Origin: Eledone cirrhosa
Lineage: Eukaryota
DNA: 64,000 nt
Direction: 5' to 3'
Assembly: GCA_964016885.1 (NCBI GenBank)
Contig: OZ024741.1
Coordinates: 6,882,001 to 6,946,000, forward strand
The notes under the pieces: model-generated
Databases searched by the model: none
Told to the model about the DNA's origin: nothing
The model's input: the letters and a program-made list of their open reading frames with translations, nothing else
Made by a program: the position numbers and the translations under genes
Shown here: piece by piece, positions 16,011 through 33,000 of the stretch
Layout: each line of letters starts with the position of its first letter
How positions within the stretch are numbered: position 1 is the first letter of the stretch

Positions 16011-18052
16011 GGCTATATAAGATACCTACTGGCTATATAACATACCTACTGGCTATATAACATACCTCCTGGCTATATAACATACCTACTGGTTATATAA
16101 CATACCTACTGGTTATATAACATACCTACTGGCTATATAACATACCTCCTAGCTATATAACATACCTCCTGGCTATATAACATACCTACTGGTTATATAA
16201 CATACCTCCTAGCTATATAACATACCTTCTGGTTATATAACATAACTACTGGTTATATAACACACCTCCTAGCTATATAACATACCTTCTGGTTATATAA
16301 CATACCTTCTGGTTATATAACATACCTCCAGGCTATATAACATACCTACTGGCTATATAAATTACCTCCTGGCTATATAACATACTTCCTGGCTATATCA
16401 CATACCTCCTAGCTATATAACATTCCTCCTGGCTATATAACATACCTACTGGTTATATAACATAGCTACTGGCTATATAATATAACATACCTACTGGCTA
16501 TATAACATACCTACTGGTTATATAACATACCTACTGGCTATATAACATACCTACTGTCTATATAACATACCTACTGGCTATATAACATACCTCCTGGCTA
16601 TATAACATACTTCCTGGCTATATCACATACCTCCTAGCTATATAACATTGCTCCTGGCTATATAACATACCTACTGGTTATATAACATACCTACTGGCTA
16701 TATAACATACCTACTGGCTATATAAATTACCTCCTGGCTATATAACATACCTACTAGTTATATAACATTCCTACTGGTTATATAACATACCACATAGCTA
16801 TATAACATACCTCCTACCTATATAACATACCTTCTGGTTATATAACATACCTCCTGGCTATATAACATACCTACTGGTTATATAACATACCTCCTGGTTA
16901 TATAACATACCTCCTAGCTATATAACATACCTTCTGGTTATATAACATGCCTCCTGGTTATATAACATACCTACTGGCTATATAACATACCAGCTGGCTA
17001 TATAACATACCTACTGGCTATATAACATACCTACTGGTTATATAAGACACCTACTGGCTATATAACATACCACCTGGCTATATAACATACCTCCTGGCTA
17101 TATAACATACCTACTCGCTATATAACATACCTACCGGCTATATAACATACCTTCTGGCTATATAACTTACCTACTGGTTATATAACATACCTCCTAGCTA
17201 TATAACATACCTCCTGGCTATATAACATACCTTCTGGCTATATAACATACCTCCTAGCTATATAACATACCTTCTGGTTATATAACATAACTACTGTTTA
17301 TATAACATAACTCCTAGCTATATAACATACATCCTGGCTATATAACATACCTCCTGGCTATATAACATATCTACTGCTTATATAACATACCTACTGGTTA
17401 TATAACATACCTACTGGCTATATAACATACCTCCTGACTATATAACATACCTACTGGTTATATAAAATTCCTCCTGGCTATATAACATACCTAATGGTTA
17501 TATAACATACCTACTGGCTATATAACATACCTACTGGCTATACAACATACCCCCTGGCTATATAACATACTTCCTGGCTATATCACATACCTCCTAGCTA
17601 TATAACATTCCTCCTGGCTATATAACATACCTACTGGCTATACAACATACCCCCTGGCTATATAACATACTTCCTGGCTATATCACATACCTCCTAGCTA
17701 TATAACATTCCTCCTGGCTATATAACATACCTACTGGTTATATAACATAACTAATGTCTATATAACATACCTACTGGCTATATAACATACCTCCTGACTA
17801 TATAACATACCTACTGGTTATATAAAATTCCTCCTGGCTATATAACATACCTAATGGTTATATAACATACCTACTGGCTATATAACATACCTACTGGCTA
17901 TATAAATTACCTCCTGGCTATATAGCATACCTACTGGTTATATAACATTCCTACTGTTTATATAACATACACCTAGCTATATAACATACCTCCTACCTAT
18001 ATAACATACCTTCTGGTTATATAACATAACTCCTGGCTATATAACATACCTA

Positions 18053-21000
18053 CTGGTTATATAACATACCTCCTGGTTATATAACATACCTCCTAGCTTT
18101 ATAACATACCTTCTGGTTATATAACATGCCTCCTGGTTATATAACATACCTACTGGCTATATAACATACCTCCTGGCTATATAACATACCTCCTGGCTAT
18201 ATAAAATACCTACCCGCTATATAACATACCTTCTGGCTATATAACTTACCTCCTAGCTATATAACATACCTTCTGGTTATATAACATACCTCCTGGCTAT
18301 ATAACATACCTACCGGCTATATAACATAACTTCTGGCTATATAACTTACTTCCTGGCTATATAACATACCTCCTGGCTATATAACATACCTCCTGGCTAT
18401 ATAACATACCTCCTGGCTATATAACATACCTACTGGTTATATAATATAACTTCTGGCTATATAACATATCTCCTAGATATATAACATACCTCCTGGCTAT
18501 ATAACATACCTACTGATTATATAACATACCTCCTAGCTATGTAACATACCTTCTGGTTATATAACATAACTACTGGTTATATAACACACCTCCTAGCTAT
18601 ATAACATACCTTCTGGTTATATAACATACCTTCTGGTTTTATAACATACCTCCTGGCTATATAACATAACTACTGGCTATAGAAATTACCTCCTGGCTAT
18701 ATAACATACTTCCTGGCTATATCACATACCTCCTAGCTATATAACATTCCTCCTGGCTATATAACATACCTACTGGTTATATAACATACCTACTGTCTAT
18801 ATAACATACCTACTGGCTATATAACATACCTCCTGGCTATATAACATACTTCCTGGCTATATCACATACCTCCTAGCTATATAACATACCTCCTGGCTAT
18901 ATAACATACCTACTGGTTATATAACATACCTACTGGCTATATAACATACCTACTGGCTATATAAATTACCTCCTGGCTATATAACATACCTACTGGTTAC
19001 ATAACATTCCTACTGGTTATATAACATACCCCCTAGCTATATAACATACCTCCTACCTATATAACATACCTGCTGGTTATATAACATACCTCCTGGCTAT
19101 ATAACATACCTTCTGGTTATATAACATACCTCCTGGCTATATAACATACCTCCTAGCTATATAACATACCTTCTGGTTATATAACATGCCTCCTGGTTAT
19201 ATAACATACCTACTGGCTATATAACATACCTCCTGGCTATATAACATACCTACTGGCTATATAACATACCTCCTGGCTATATAACATACCTACCGGCTAT
19301 ATAACATACCTTCTGGCTATATAACTTACCTCCTAGCTATATAACATACCTTCTGGTTATATAACATACCTCCTGGCTATATAACATACCTACTGGCTAT
19401 ATAACATACCTACTGGTTATATAAGATACCTACTGGCTATATAACATACCACCTGGCTATATAACATACCTCCTGGCTATATAACATACCTCCTCGCAAT
19501 ATAACATACCTACCGGCTATATAACATACCTTCTGGCTATATAACTTACCTCCTGGCTATATAACATACCTACTGGTTATATAACATACCTACTGGCTAT
19601 ATAATATACCTTCTGGCTATATAACTTACCTCCTGGCTATATAACATACCTACTGATTATATAACATATATACTGGCTATATAACTTACCTACTGGTTAT
19701 ATAACATACCTACTGGCTATATAACATACCTACTGGTTATATAACATACCTACTGTCTATATAACATACCTACTGGTTATATAACATACCTACTACCTAT
19801 ATAACATACCTACTGGCTATATAACATACCTACTGGCTATATAACATACCTACTGGTTATATAACATACCTTCTGGCTATATAAATTACCTCTTGGCTAT
19901 ATAAAATACCTACTGGTTATATAACATATATACTGGCTATATAACTTACCTACTGGTTATATAACATACCTCCTAGCTATATAACATAACTTCTGGTTAT
20001 ATAACATTGCTACTGGGTATATAACATACCTACTGGTTATATAACATACCTACTGGCTATATAACATACATACTGGCTATATAAATTACCTCCTGGCTAT
20101 ATAACATACCTACTGGTTATATAACATACCAACTGGGTATATAACATACCACCTAGCTATATAACATACTTCCTGGCTATATAACATACCTACTGGTTAT
20201 ATAACATATATACTGGCTATATAACTTACCTACTGGTTATATAACATACCTACTGGCTATATAACATACCTACTGGTTATATAACATACCTACTGGCTAT
20301 ATAACATACCTACTGTCTATATAACATACCTACTGGCTATATAACATACCTCCTGGCTATATAACATACTTCCTGGCTATATCACATACATCCTAGCTAT
20401 ATAACATTCCTCCTGGCTATATAACATACCTACTGGTTATATAACATACCTACTGGCTATATAACATACATACTGGCTATATAAATTAACTCCTGGCTAT
20501 ATAACATACCTACTGGTTATATAACATACCTACTGGGTATATAACATACCACCTAGCTATATAACATACCTCCTACCTATATAACATACCTTCTGGTTAT
20601 ATAACATAACTCCTGGCTATATACATACCTACTGGTTATATAACATACCTCCTGGTTATATAACATACCTCCTAGCTATATAACATACCTTCTGGTTATA
20701 TAACATGCCTCCTGGTTATATAACATACCTACTGGCTATATAACATACCTCCTGGCTATATAACATACCTACTGGCTATATAACATACCTCCTGGCTATA
20801 TAACATACCTACCGGCTATATAACATAACTTCTGGCTATATAACTTACCTCCTAGCTATATAACATACCTTCTGGTTATATAACATACCTCCTGGCTATA
20901 TAAGATAACTACTGGCTATATAACATACCTACTGGCTATATAACATACCTCCTGGCTATATAACATACCTACTGGCTATATAACATACCTACTGGCTATA

Positions 21001-24000
21001 TAACATAGCTCCTGGCTATATAACATTCCTTCTGGCTATATAACATATCTCCTAGCTATATAACATATTTTCTGGTTATATAACATAACTACTGTTTATA
21101 TAACATACCTCCTAGCTATATAACATACCTTCTGGTTATATAACATACCTTCTGGTTATATAACATACCTCCAGGCTATATAACATACCTACTGGCTATA
21201 TAAATTACCTCCTGGCTATATAACATACTTCCTGGCTATATCACATACCTCCTAGTTATATAACATACCTCCTAGCTATATAACAGACCTTCTGGTTATA
21301 TAACATAACTACTGGTTATATAACATACCTCATAGCTATATAACATACCTCCTGGCTATATAACATACCTCCTGGCTATATAACATACCTACTGGTTATA
21401 TAACATACCTACTGGTTATATAACATACCTACTGGCTATATAACATACCTACTGGCTATATAACATACGTCCTGGCTATATAACCTACCTTCTGGCTATA
21501 TAACATACCTCCTAGCTATATAACATACCTCCTGGCTATATAACATACCTACCGGTTATATAACATACCTCCTAGCTATATAACATACCTTCTGGTTATA
21601 TAACATACCTTCTGGTTATATAATATACCTCCTGGCTATATAACATACCTACTGGCTATATAACATACCTACTGGCTATATAACATAGCTCCTGGCTATA
21701 TAACATTCCTTCTGGCTATATAACATACCTCCTAGCTATATAACATATTTTCTGGTTATATAACATAACTACTGTTTATATAACATACCTCCTAGCTGTA
21801 TAACATACCTTCTGGTTATATAACATACCTTCTGGTTATATAACATACCTCCAGGCTATATAACATACCTACTGTCTATATAAATTACCTCCTGGCTATA
21901 TAACATACTTCCTGGCTATATCACATAGCTCCTAGTTATATAACATACCTCCTAGCTCTATAACAGACCTTCTGGTTATATAACATAACTACTGGTTATA
22001 TAACATACCTCCTAGCTATATAACATACCTCCTGGCTATATAACATACCTCCTGGCTATATAACATACCTACTGGTTATATAACATACCTACTGTTTATA
22101 TAACATACCTACTGGCTATATAACATACCTACTGGATATATAACATACCTCCTGGCTATATAACATACCTTCTGGCTATATAACATACCTCCTAGCTATA
22201 TAACATACCTCCTGGCTATATAACATACCTACCGGTTATATAACATACCTCCTAGCTATATAACATACCTTCTGGTTACATAACATAGCTTCTGGTTATA
22301 TAACATACCTACTGGCTATATAAAATTACCTCCTGGATATATAACATAATTCCTGGCTATATCACATACCTCCTAGCTATATAACATTCCTCCTGGCTAT
22401 ATAACATACCTACTGGTTATATAACATACCTACTGGTTATATAACATACCACCTGGCTATATAACATACCTCCTTTTTATATAACATACCTCCTCGCTAT
22501 ATAACATACCTACCGGCTATATAACATACCTTCTGGCTATATAACTTACCTCCTGGCTATATAACATACCTACTGGTTATATAACATACCTCCTAGCTAT
22601 GTAACATACCTTCTGGTTATATAACATAACTACTGGTTATATAACACACCTCCTAGCTATATAACATACCTTCTGGTTATATAACATACCTTCTGGTTTT
22701 ATAACATACCTCCTTGCTATATAACATAACTACTGGCTATAGAAATTACCTCCTGGCTATATAACATACTTCCTGGCTATATCACATACCTCCTAGCTAT
22801 ATAACATTCCTCCTGGCTATATAACATACCTACTGGTTATATAACATACCTACTGTCTATATAACATACCTACTGGCTATATAACATACCTCCTGGCTAT
22901 ATAACATACTTCCTGGCTATATCACATACCTCCTAGCTATATAACATACCTCCTGGCTATATAACATACCTACTGGTTATATAACATACCTACTGGCTAT
23001 ATAACATACCTACTGGCTATATAAATTACCTCCTGGCTATATAACATACCTACTGGTTACATAACATTCCTACTGGTTATATAACATACCCCCTAGCTAT
23101 ATAACATACCTCCTACCTATATAACATACCTGCTGGTTATAAAACATACCTCCTGGCTATATAACATACCTTCTGGTTATATAACATACCTCCTGGTTAT
23201 ATAACATACCTCCTAGCTTTATAACATACCTTCTGGTTATATAACATGCCTCCTGGTTATATAACATACCTACTGGCTATATAACATACCTCCTGGCTAT
23301 ATAACATACCTCCTGGCTATATAAAATACCTACCCGCTATATAACATACCTTCTGGCTATATAACTTACCTCCTAGCTATATAACATACCTTCTGGTTAT
23401 ATAACATACCTCCTGGCTATATAACATACCTACCGGCTATATAACATAACTTCTGGCTATATAACTTACTTCCTGGCTATATAACATACCTCCTGGCTAT
23501 ATAACATACCTCCTGGCTATATAACATACCTCCTGGCTATATAACATACCTACTGGTTATATAATATAACTTCTGGCTATATAACATATCTCCTAGATAT
23601 ATAACATACCTCCTGGCTATATAACATACCTACTGATTATATAACATACCTCCTAGCTATGTAACATACCTTCTGGTTATATAACATAACTACTGGTTAT
23701 ATAACACACCTCCTAGCTATATAACATACCTTCTGGTTATATAACATACCTTCTGGTTTTATAACATACCTCCTGGCTATATAACATAACTACTGGCTAT
23801 AGAAATTACCTCCTGGCTATATAACATACTTCCTGGCTATATCACATACCTCCTAGCTATATAACATTCCTCCTGGCTATATAACATACCTACTGGTTAT
23901 ATAACATACCTACTGTCTATATAACATACCTACTGGCTATATAACATACCTCCTGGCTATATAACATACTTCCTGGCTATATCACATACCTCCTAGCTAT

Positions 24001-27000
24001 ATAACATACCTCCTGGCTATATAACATACCTACTGGTTATATAACATACCTACTGGCTATATAACATACCTACTGGCTATATAAATTACCTCCTGGCTAT
24101 ATAACATACCTACTGGTTACATAACATTCCTACTGGTTATATAACATACCCCCTAGCTATATAACATACCTCCTACCTATATAACATACCTGCTGGTTAT
24201 ATAACATACCTCCTGGCTATATAACATACCTTCTGGTTATATAACATACCTCCTGGCTATATAACATACCTCCTAGCTATATAACATACCTTCTGGTTAT
24301 ATAACATGCCTCCTGGTTATATAACATACCTACTGGCTATATAACATACCTCCTGGCTATATAACATACCTACTGGCTATATAACATACCTCCTGGCTAT
24401 ATAACATACCTACCGGCTATATAACATACCTTCTGGCTATATAACTTACCTCCTAGCTATATAACATACCTTCTGGTTATATAACATACCTCCTGGCTAT
24501 ATAACATACCTACTGGCTATATAACATACCTACTGGTTATATAAGATACCTACTGGCTATATAACATACCACCTGGCTATATAACATACCTCCTGGCTAT
24601 ATAACATACCTCCTCGCAATATAACATACCTACCGGCTATATAACATACCTTCTGGCTATATAACTTACCTCCTGGCTATATAACATACCTACTGGTTAT
24701 ATAACATACCTACTGGCTATATAATATACCTTCTGGCTATATAACTTACCTCCTGGCTATATAACATACCTACTGATTATATAACATATATACTGGCTAT
24801 ATAACTTACCTACTGGTTATATAACATACCTACTGGCTATATAACATACCTACTGGTTATATAACATACCTACTGTCTATATAACATACCTACTGGTTAT
24901 ATAACATACCTACTACCTATATAACATACCTACTGGCTATATAACATACCTACTGGCTATATAACATACCTACTGGTTATATAACATACCTTCTGGCTAT
25001 ATAAATTACCTCTTGGCTATATAAAATACCTACTGGTTATATAACATATATACTGGCTATATAACTTACCTACTGGTTATATAACATACCTCCTAGCTAT
25101 ATAACATAACTTCTGGTTATATAACATTGCTACTGGGTATATAACATACCTACTGGTTATATAACATACCTACTGGCTATATAACATACATACTGGCTAT
25201 ATAAATTACCTCCTGGCTATATAACATACCTACTGGTTATATAACATACCAACTGGGTATATAACATACCACCTAGCTATATAACATACTTCCTGGCTAT
25301 ATAACATACCTACTGGTTATATAACATATATACTGGCTATATAACTTACCTACTGGTTATATAACATACCTACTGGCTATATAACATACCTACTGGTTAT
25401 ATAACATACCTACTGGCTATATAACATACCTACTGTCTATATAACATACCTACTGGCTATATAACATACCTCCTGGCTATATAACATACTTCCTGGCTAT
25501 ATCACATACATCCTAGCTATATAACATTCCTCCTGGCTATATAACATACCTACTGGTTATATAACATACCTACTGGCTATATAACATACATACTGGCTAT
25601 ATAAATTAACTCCTGGCTATATAACATACCTACTGGTTATATAACATACCTACTGGGTATATAACATACCACCTAGCTATATAACATACCTCCTACCTAT
25701 ATAACATACCTTCTGGTTATATAACATAACTCCTGGCTATATACATACCTACTGGTTATATAACATACCTCCTGGTTATATAACATACCTCCTAGCTATA
25801 TAACATACCTTCTGGTTATATAACATGCCTCCTGGTTATATAACATACCTACTGGCTATATAACATACCTCCTGGCTATATAACATACCTACTGGCTATA
25901 TAACATACCTCCTGGCTATATAACATACCTACCGGCTATATAACATAACTTCTGGCTATATAACTTACCTCCTAGCTATATAACATACCTTCTGGTTATA
26001 TAACATACCTCCTGGCTATATAAGATAACTACTGGCTATATAACATACCTACTGGCTATATAACATACCTCCTGGCTATATAACATACCTACTGGCTATA
26101 TAACATACCTACTGGCTATATAACATAGCTCCTGGCTATATAACATTCCTTCTGGCTATATAACATATCTCCTAGCTATATAACATATTTTCTGGTTATA
26201 TAACATAACTACTGTTTATATAACATACCTCCTAGCTATATAACATACCTTCTGGTTATATAACATACCTTCTGGTTATATAACATACCTCCAGGCTATA
26301 TAACATACCTACTGGCTATATAAATTACCTCCTGGCTATATAACATACTTCCTGGCTATATCACATACCTCCTAGTTATATAACATACCTCCTAGCTATA
26401 TAACAGACCTTCTGGTTATATAACATAACTACTGGTTATATAACATACCTCATAGCTATATAACATACCTCCTGGCTATATAACATACCTCCTGGCTATA
26501 TAACATACCTACTGGTTATATAACATACCTACTGGTTATATAACATACCTACTGGCTATATAACATACCTACTGGCTATATAACATACGTCCTGGCTATA
26601 TAACCTACCTTCTGGCTATATAACATACCTCCTAGCTATATAACATACCTCCTGGCTATATAACATACCTACCGGTTATATAACATACCTCCTAGCTATA
26701 TAACATACCTTCTGGTTATATAACATACCTTCTGGTTATATAATATACCTCCTGGCTATATAACATACCTACTGGCTATATAACATACCTACTGGCTATA
26801 TAACATAGCTCCTGGCTATATAACATTCCTTCTGGCTATATAACATACCTCCTAGCTATATAACATATTTTCTGGTTATATAACATAACTACTGTTTATA
26901 TAACATACCTCCTAGCTGTATAACATACCTTCTGGTTATATAACATACCTTCTGGTTATATAACATACCTCCAGGCTATATAACATACCTACTGTCTATA

Positions 27001-30000
27001 TAAATTACCTCCTGGCTATATAACATACTTCCTGGCTATATCACATAGCTCCTAGTTATATAACATACCTCCTAGCTCTATAACAGACCTTCTGGTTATA
27101 TAACATAACTACTGGTTATATAACATACCTCCTAGCTATATAACATACCTCCTGGCTATATAACATACCTCCTGGCTATATAACATACCTACTGGTTATA
27201 TAACATACCTACTGTTTATATAACATACCTACTGGCTATATAACATACCTACTGGATATATAACATACCTCCTGGCTATATAACATACCTTCTGGCTATA
27301 TAACATACCTCCTAGCTATATAACATACCTCCTGGCTATATAACATACCTACCGGTTATATAACATACCTCCTAGCTATATAACATACCTTCTGGTTACA
27401 TAACATAGCTTCTGGTTATATAACATACCTACTGGCTATATAAAATTACCTCCTGGATATATAACATAATTCCTGGCTATATCACATACCTCCTAGCTAT
27501 ATAACATTCCTCCTGGCTATATAACATACCTACTGGTTATATAACATACCTACTGGTTATATAACATACCACCTGGCTATATAACATACCTCCTTTTTAT
27601 ATAACATACCTCCTCGCTATATAACATACCTACCGGCTATATAACATACCTTCTGGCTATATAACTTACCTCCTGGCTATATAACATACCTACTGGTTAT
27701 ATAACATACCTCCTAGCTATGTAACATACCTTCTGGTTATATAACATAACTACTGGTTATATAACACACCTCCTAGCTATATAACATACCTTCTGGTTAT
27801 ATAACATACCTTCTGGTTTTATAACATACCTCCTTGCTATATAACATAACTACTGGCTATAGAAATTACCTCCTGGCTATATAACATACTTCCTGGCTAT
27901 ATCACATACCTCCTAGCTATATAACATTCCTCCTGGCTATATAACATACCTACTGGTTATATAACATACCTACTGTCTATATAACATACCTACTGGCTAT
28001 ATAACATACCTCCTGGCTATATAACATACTTCCTGGCTATATCACATACCTCCTAGCTATATAACATACCTCCTGGCTATATAACATACCTACTGGTTAT
28101 ATAACATACCTACTGGCTATATAACATACCTACTGGCTATATAAATTACCTCCTGGCTATATAACATACCTACTGGTTACATAACATTCCTACTGGTTAT
28201 ATAACATACCCCCTAGCTATATAACATACCTCCTACCTATATAACATACCTGCTGGTTATAAAACATACCTCCTGGCTATATAACATACCTTCTGGTTAT
28301 ATAACATACCTCCTGGTTATATAACATACCTCCTAGCTTTATAACATACCTTCTGGTTATATAACATGCCTCCTGGTTATATAACATACCTACTGGCTAT
28401 ATAACATACCTCCTGGCTATATAACATACCTCCTGGCTATATAAAATACCTACCCGCTATATAACATACCTTCTGGCTATATAACTTACCTCCTAGCTAT
28501 ATAACATACCTTCTGGTTATATAACATACCTCCTGGCTATATAACATACCTACCGGCTATATAACATAACTTCTGGCTATATAACTTACTTCCTGGCTAT
28601 ATAACATACCTCCTGGCTATATAACATACCTCCTGGCTATATAACATACCTCCTGGCTATATAACATACCTACTGGTTATATAATATAACTTCTGGCTAT
28701 ATAACATATCTCCTAGATATATAACATACCTCCTGGCTATATAACATACCTACTGATTATATAACATACCTCCTAGCTATGTAACATACCTTCTGGTTAT
28801 ATAACATAACTACTGGTTATATAACACACCTCCTAGCTATATAACATACCTTCTGGTTATATAACATACCTTCTGGTTTTATAACATACCTCCTGGCTAT
28901 ATAACATAACTACTGGCTATAGAAATTACCTCCTGGCTATATAACATACTTCCTGGCTATATCACATACCTCCTAGCTATATAACATTCCTCCTGGCTAT
29001 ATAACATACCTACTGGTTATATAACATACCTACTGTCTATATAACATACCTACTGGCTATATAACATACCTCCTGGCTATATAACATACTTCCTGGCTAT
29101 ATCACATACCTCCTAGCTATATAACATACCTCCTGGCTATATAACATACCTACTGGTTATATAACATACCTACTGGCTATATAACATACCTACTGGCTAT
29201 ATAAATTACCTCCTGGCTATATAACATACCTACTGGTTACATAACATTCCTACTGGTTATATAACATACCCCCTAGCTATATAACATACCTCCTACCTAT
29301 ATAACATACCTGCTGGTTATATAACATACCTCCTGGCTATATAACATACCTTCTGGTTATATAACATACCTCCTGGCTATATAACATACCTCCTAGCTAT
29401 ATAACATACCTTCTGGTTATATAACATGCCTCCTGGTTATATAACATACCTACTGGCTATATAACATACCTCCTGGCTATATAACATACCTACTGGCTAT
29501 ATAACATACCTCCTGGCTATATAACATACCTACCGGCTATATAACATACCTTCTGGCTATATAACTTACCTCCTAGCTATATAACATACCTTCTGGTTAT
29601 ATAACATACCTCCTGGCTATATAACATACCTACTGGCTATATAACATACCTACTGGTTATATAAGATACCTACTGGCTATATAACATACCACCTGGCTAT
29701 ATAACATACCTCCTGGCTATATAACATACCTCCTCGCAATATAACATACCTACCGGCTATATAACATACCTTCTGGCTATATAACTTACCTCCTGGCTAT
29801 ATAACATACCTACTGGTTATATAACATACCTACTGGCTATATAATATACCTTCTGGCTATATAACTTACCTCCTGGCTATATAACATACCTACTGATTAT
29901 ATAACATATATACTGGCTATATAACTTACCTACTGGTTATATAACATACCTACTGGCTATATAACATACCTACTGGTTATATAACATACCTACTGTCTAT

Positions 30001-33000
30001 ATAACATACCTACTGGTTATATAACATACCTACTACCTATATAACATACCTACTGGCTATATAACATACCTACTGGCTATATAACATACCTACTGGTTAT
30101 ATAACATACCTTCTGGCTATATAAATTACCTCTTGGCTATATAAAATACCTACTGGTTATATAACATATATACTGGCTATATAACTTACCTACTGGTTAT
30201 ATAACATACCTCCTAGCTATATAACATAACTTCTGGTTATATAACATTGCTACTGGGTATATAACATACCTACTGGTTATATAACATACCTACTGGCTAT
30301 ATAACATACATACTGGCTATATAAATTACCTCCTGGCTATATAACATACCTACTGGTTATATAACATACCAACTGGGTATATAACATACCACCTAGCTAT
30401 ATAACATACTTCCTGGCTATATAACATACCTACTGGTTATATAACATATATACTGGCTATATAACTTACCTACTGGTTATATAACATACCTACTGGCTAT
30501 ATAACATACCTACTGGTTATATAACATACCTACTGGCTATATAACATACCTACTGTCTATATAACATACCTACTGGCTATATAACATACCTCCTGGCTAT
30601 ATAACATACTTCCTGGCTATATCACATACATCCTAGCTATATAACATTCCTCCTGGCTATATAACATACCTACTGGTTATATAACATACCTACTGGCTAT
30701 ATAACATACATACTGGCTATATAAATTAACTCCTGGCTATATAACATACCTACTGGTTATATAACATACCTACTGGGTATATAACATACCACCTAGCTAT
30801 ATAACATACCTCCTACCTATATAACATACCTTCTGGTTATATAACATAACTCCTGGCTATATACATACCTACTGGTTATATAACATACCTCCTGGTTATA
30901 TAACATACCTCCTAGCTATATAACATACCTTCTGGTTATATAACATGCCTCCTGGTTATATAACATACCTACTGGCTATATAACATACCTCCTGGCTATA
31001 TAACATACCTACTGGCTATATAACATACCTCCTGGCTATATAACATACCTACCGGCTATATAACATAACTTCTGGCTATATAACTTACCTCCTAGCTATA
31101 TAACATACCTTCTGGTTATATAACATACCTCCTGGCTATATAAGATAACTACTGGCTATATAACATACCTACTGGCTATATAACATACCTCCTGGCTATA
31201 TAACATACCTACTGGCTATATAACATACCTACTGGCTATATAACATAGCTCCTGGCTATATAACATTCCTTCTGGCTATATAACATATCTCCTAGCTATA
31301 TAACATATTTTCTGGTTATATAACATAACTACTGTTTATATAACATACCTCCTAGCTATATAACATACCTTCTGGTTATATAACATACCTTCTGGTTATA
31401 TAACATACCTCCAGGCTATATAACATACCTACTGGCTATATAAATTACCTCCTGGCTATATAACATACTTCCTGGCTATATCACATACCTCCTAGTTATA
31501 TAACATACCTCCTAGCTATATAACAGACCTTCTGGTTATATAACATAACTACTGGTTATATAACATACCTCATAGCTATATAACATACCTCCTGGCTATA
31601 TAACATACCTCCTGGCTATATAACATACCTACTGGTTATATAACATACCTACTGGTTATATAACATACCTACTGGCTATATAACATACCTACTGGCTATA
31701 TAACATACGTCCTGGCTATATAACCTACCTTCTGGCTATATAACATACCTCCTAGCTATATAACATACCTCCTGGCTATATAACATACCTACCGGTTATA
31801 TAACATACCTCCTAGCTATATAACATACCTTCTGGTTATATAACATACCTTCTGGTTATATAATATACCTCCTGGCTATATAACATACCTACTGGCTATA
31901 TAACATACCTACTGGCTATATAACATAGCTCCTGGCTATATAACATTCCTTCTGGCTATATAACATACCTCCTAGCTATATAACATATTTTCTGGTTATA
32001 TAACATAACTACTGTTTATATAACATACCTCCTAGCTGTATAACATACCTTCTGGTTATATAACATACCTTCTGGTTATATAACATACCTCCAGGCTATA
32101 TAACATACCTACTGTCTATATAAATTACCTCCTGGCTATATAACATACTTCCTGGCTATATCACATAGCTCCTAGTTATATAACATACCTCCTAGCTCTA
32201 TAACAGACCTTCTGGTTATATAACATAACTACTGGTTATATAACATACCTCCTAGCTATATAACATACCTCCTGGCTATATAACATACCTCCTGGCTATA
32301 TAACATACCTACTGGTTATATAACATACCTACTGTTTATATAACATACCTACTGGCTATATAACATACCTACTGGATATATAACATACCTCCTGGCTATA
32401 TAACATACCTTCTGGCTATATAACATACCTCCTAGCTATATAACATACCTCCTGGCTATATAACATACCTACCGGTTATATAACATACCTCCTAGCTATA
32501 TAACATACCTTCTGGTTACATAACATAGCTTCTGGTTATATAACATACCTACTGGCTATATAAAATTACCTCCTGGATATATAACATAATTCCTGGCTAT
32601 ATCACATACCTCCTAGCTATATAACATTCCTCCTGGCTATATAACATACCTACTGGTTATATAACATACCTACTGGTTATATAACATACCACCTGGCTAT
32701 ATAACATACCTCCTTTTTATATAACATACCTCCTCGCTATATAACATACCTACCGGCTATATAACATACCTTCTGGCTATATAACTTACCTCCTGGCTAT
32801 ATAACATACCTACTGGTTATATAACATACCTCCTAGCTATGTAACATACCTTCTGGTTATATAACATAACTACTGGTTATATAACACACCTCCTAGCTAT
32901 ATAACATACCTTCTGGTTATATAACATACCTTCTGGTTTTATAACATACCTCCTTGCTATATAACATAACTACTGGCTATAGAAATTACCTCCTGGCTAT

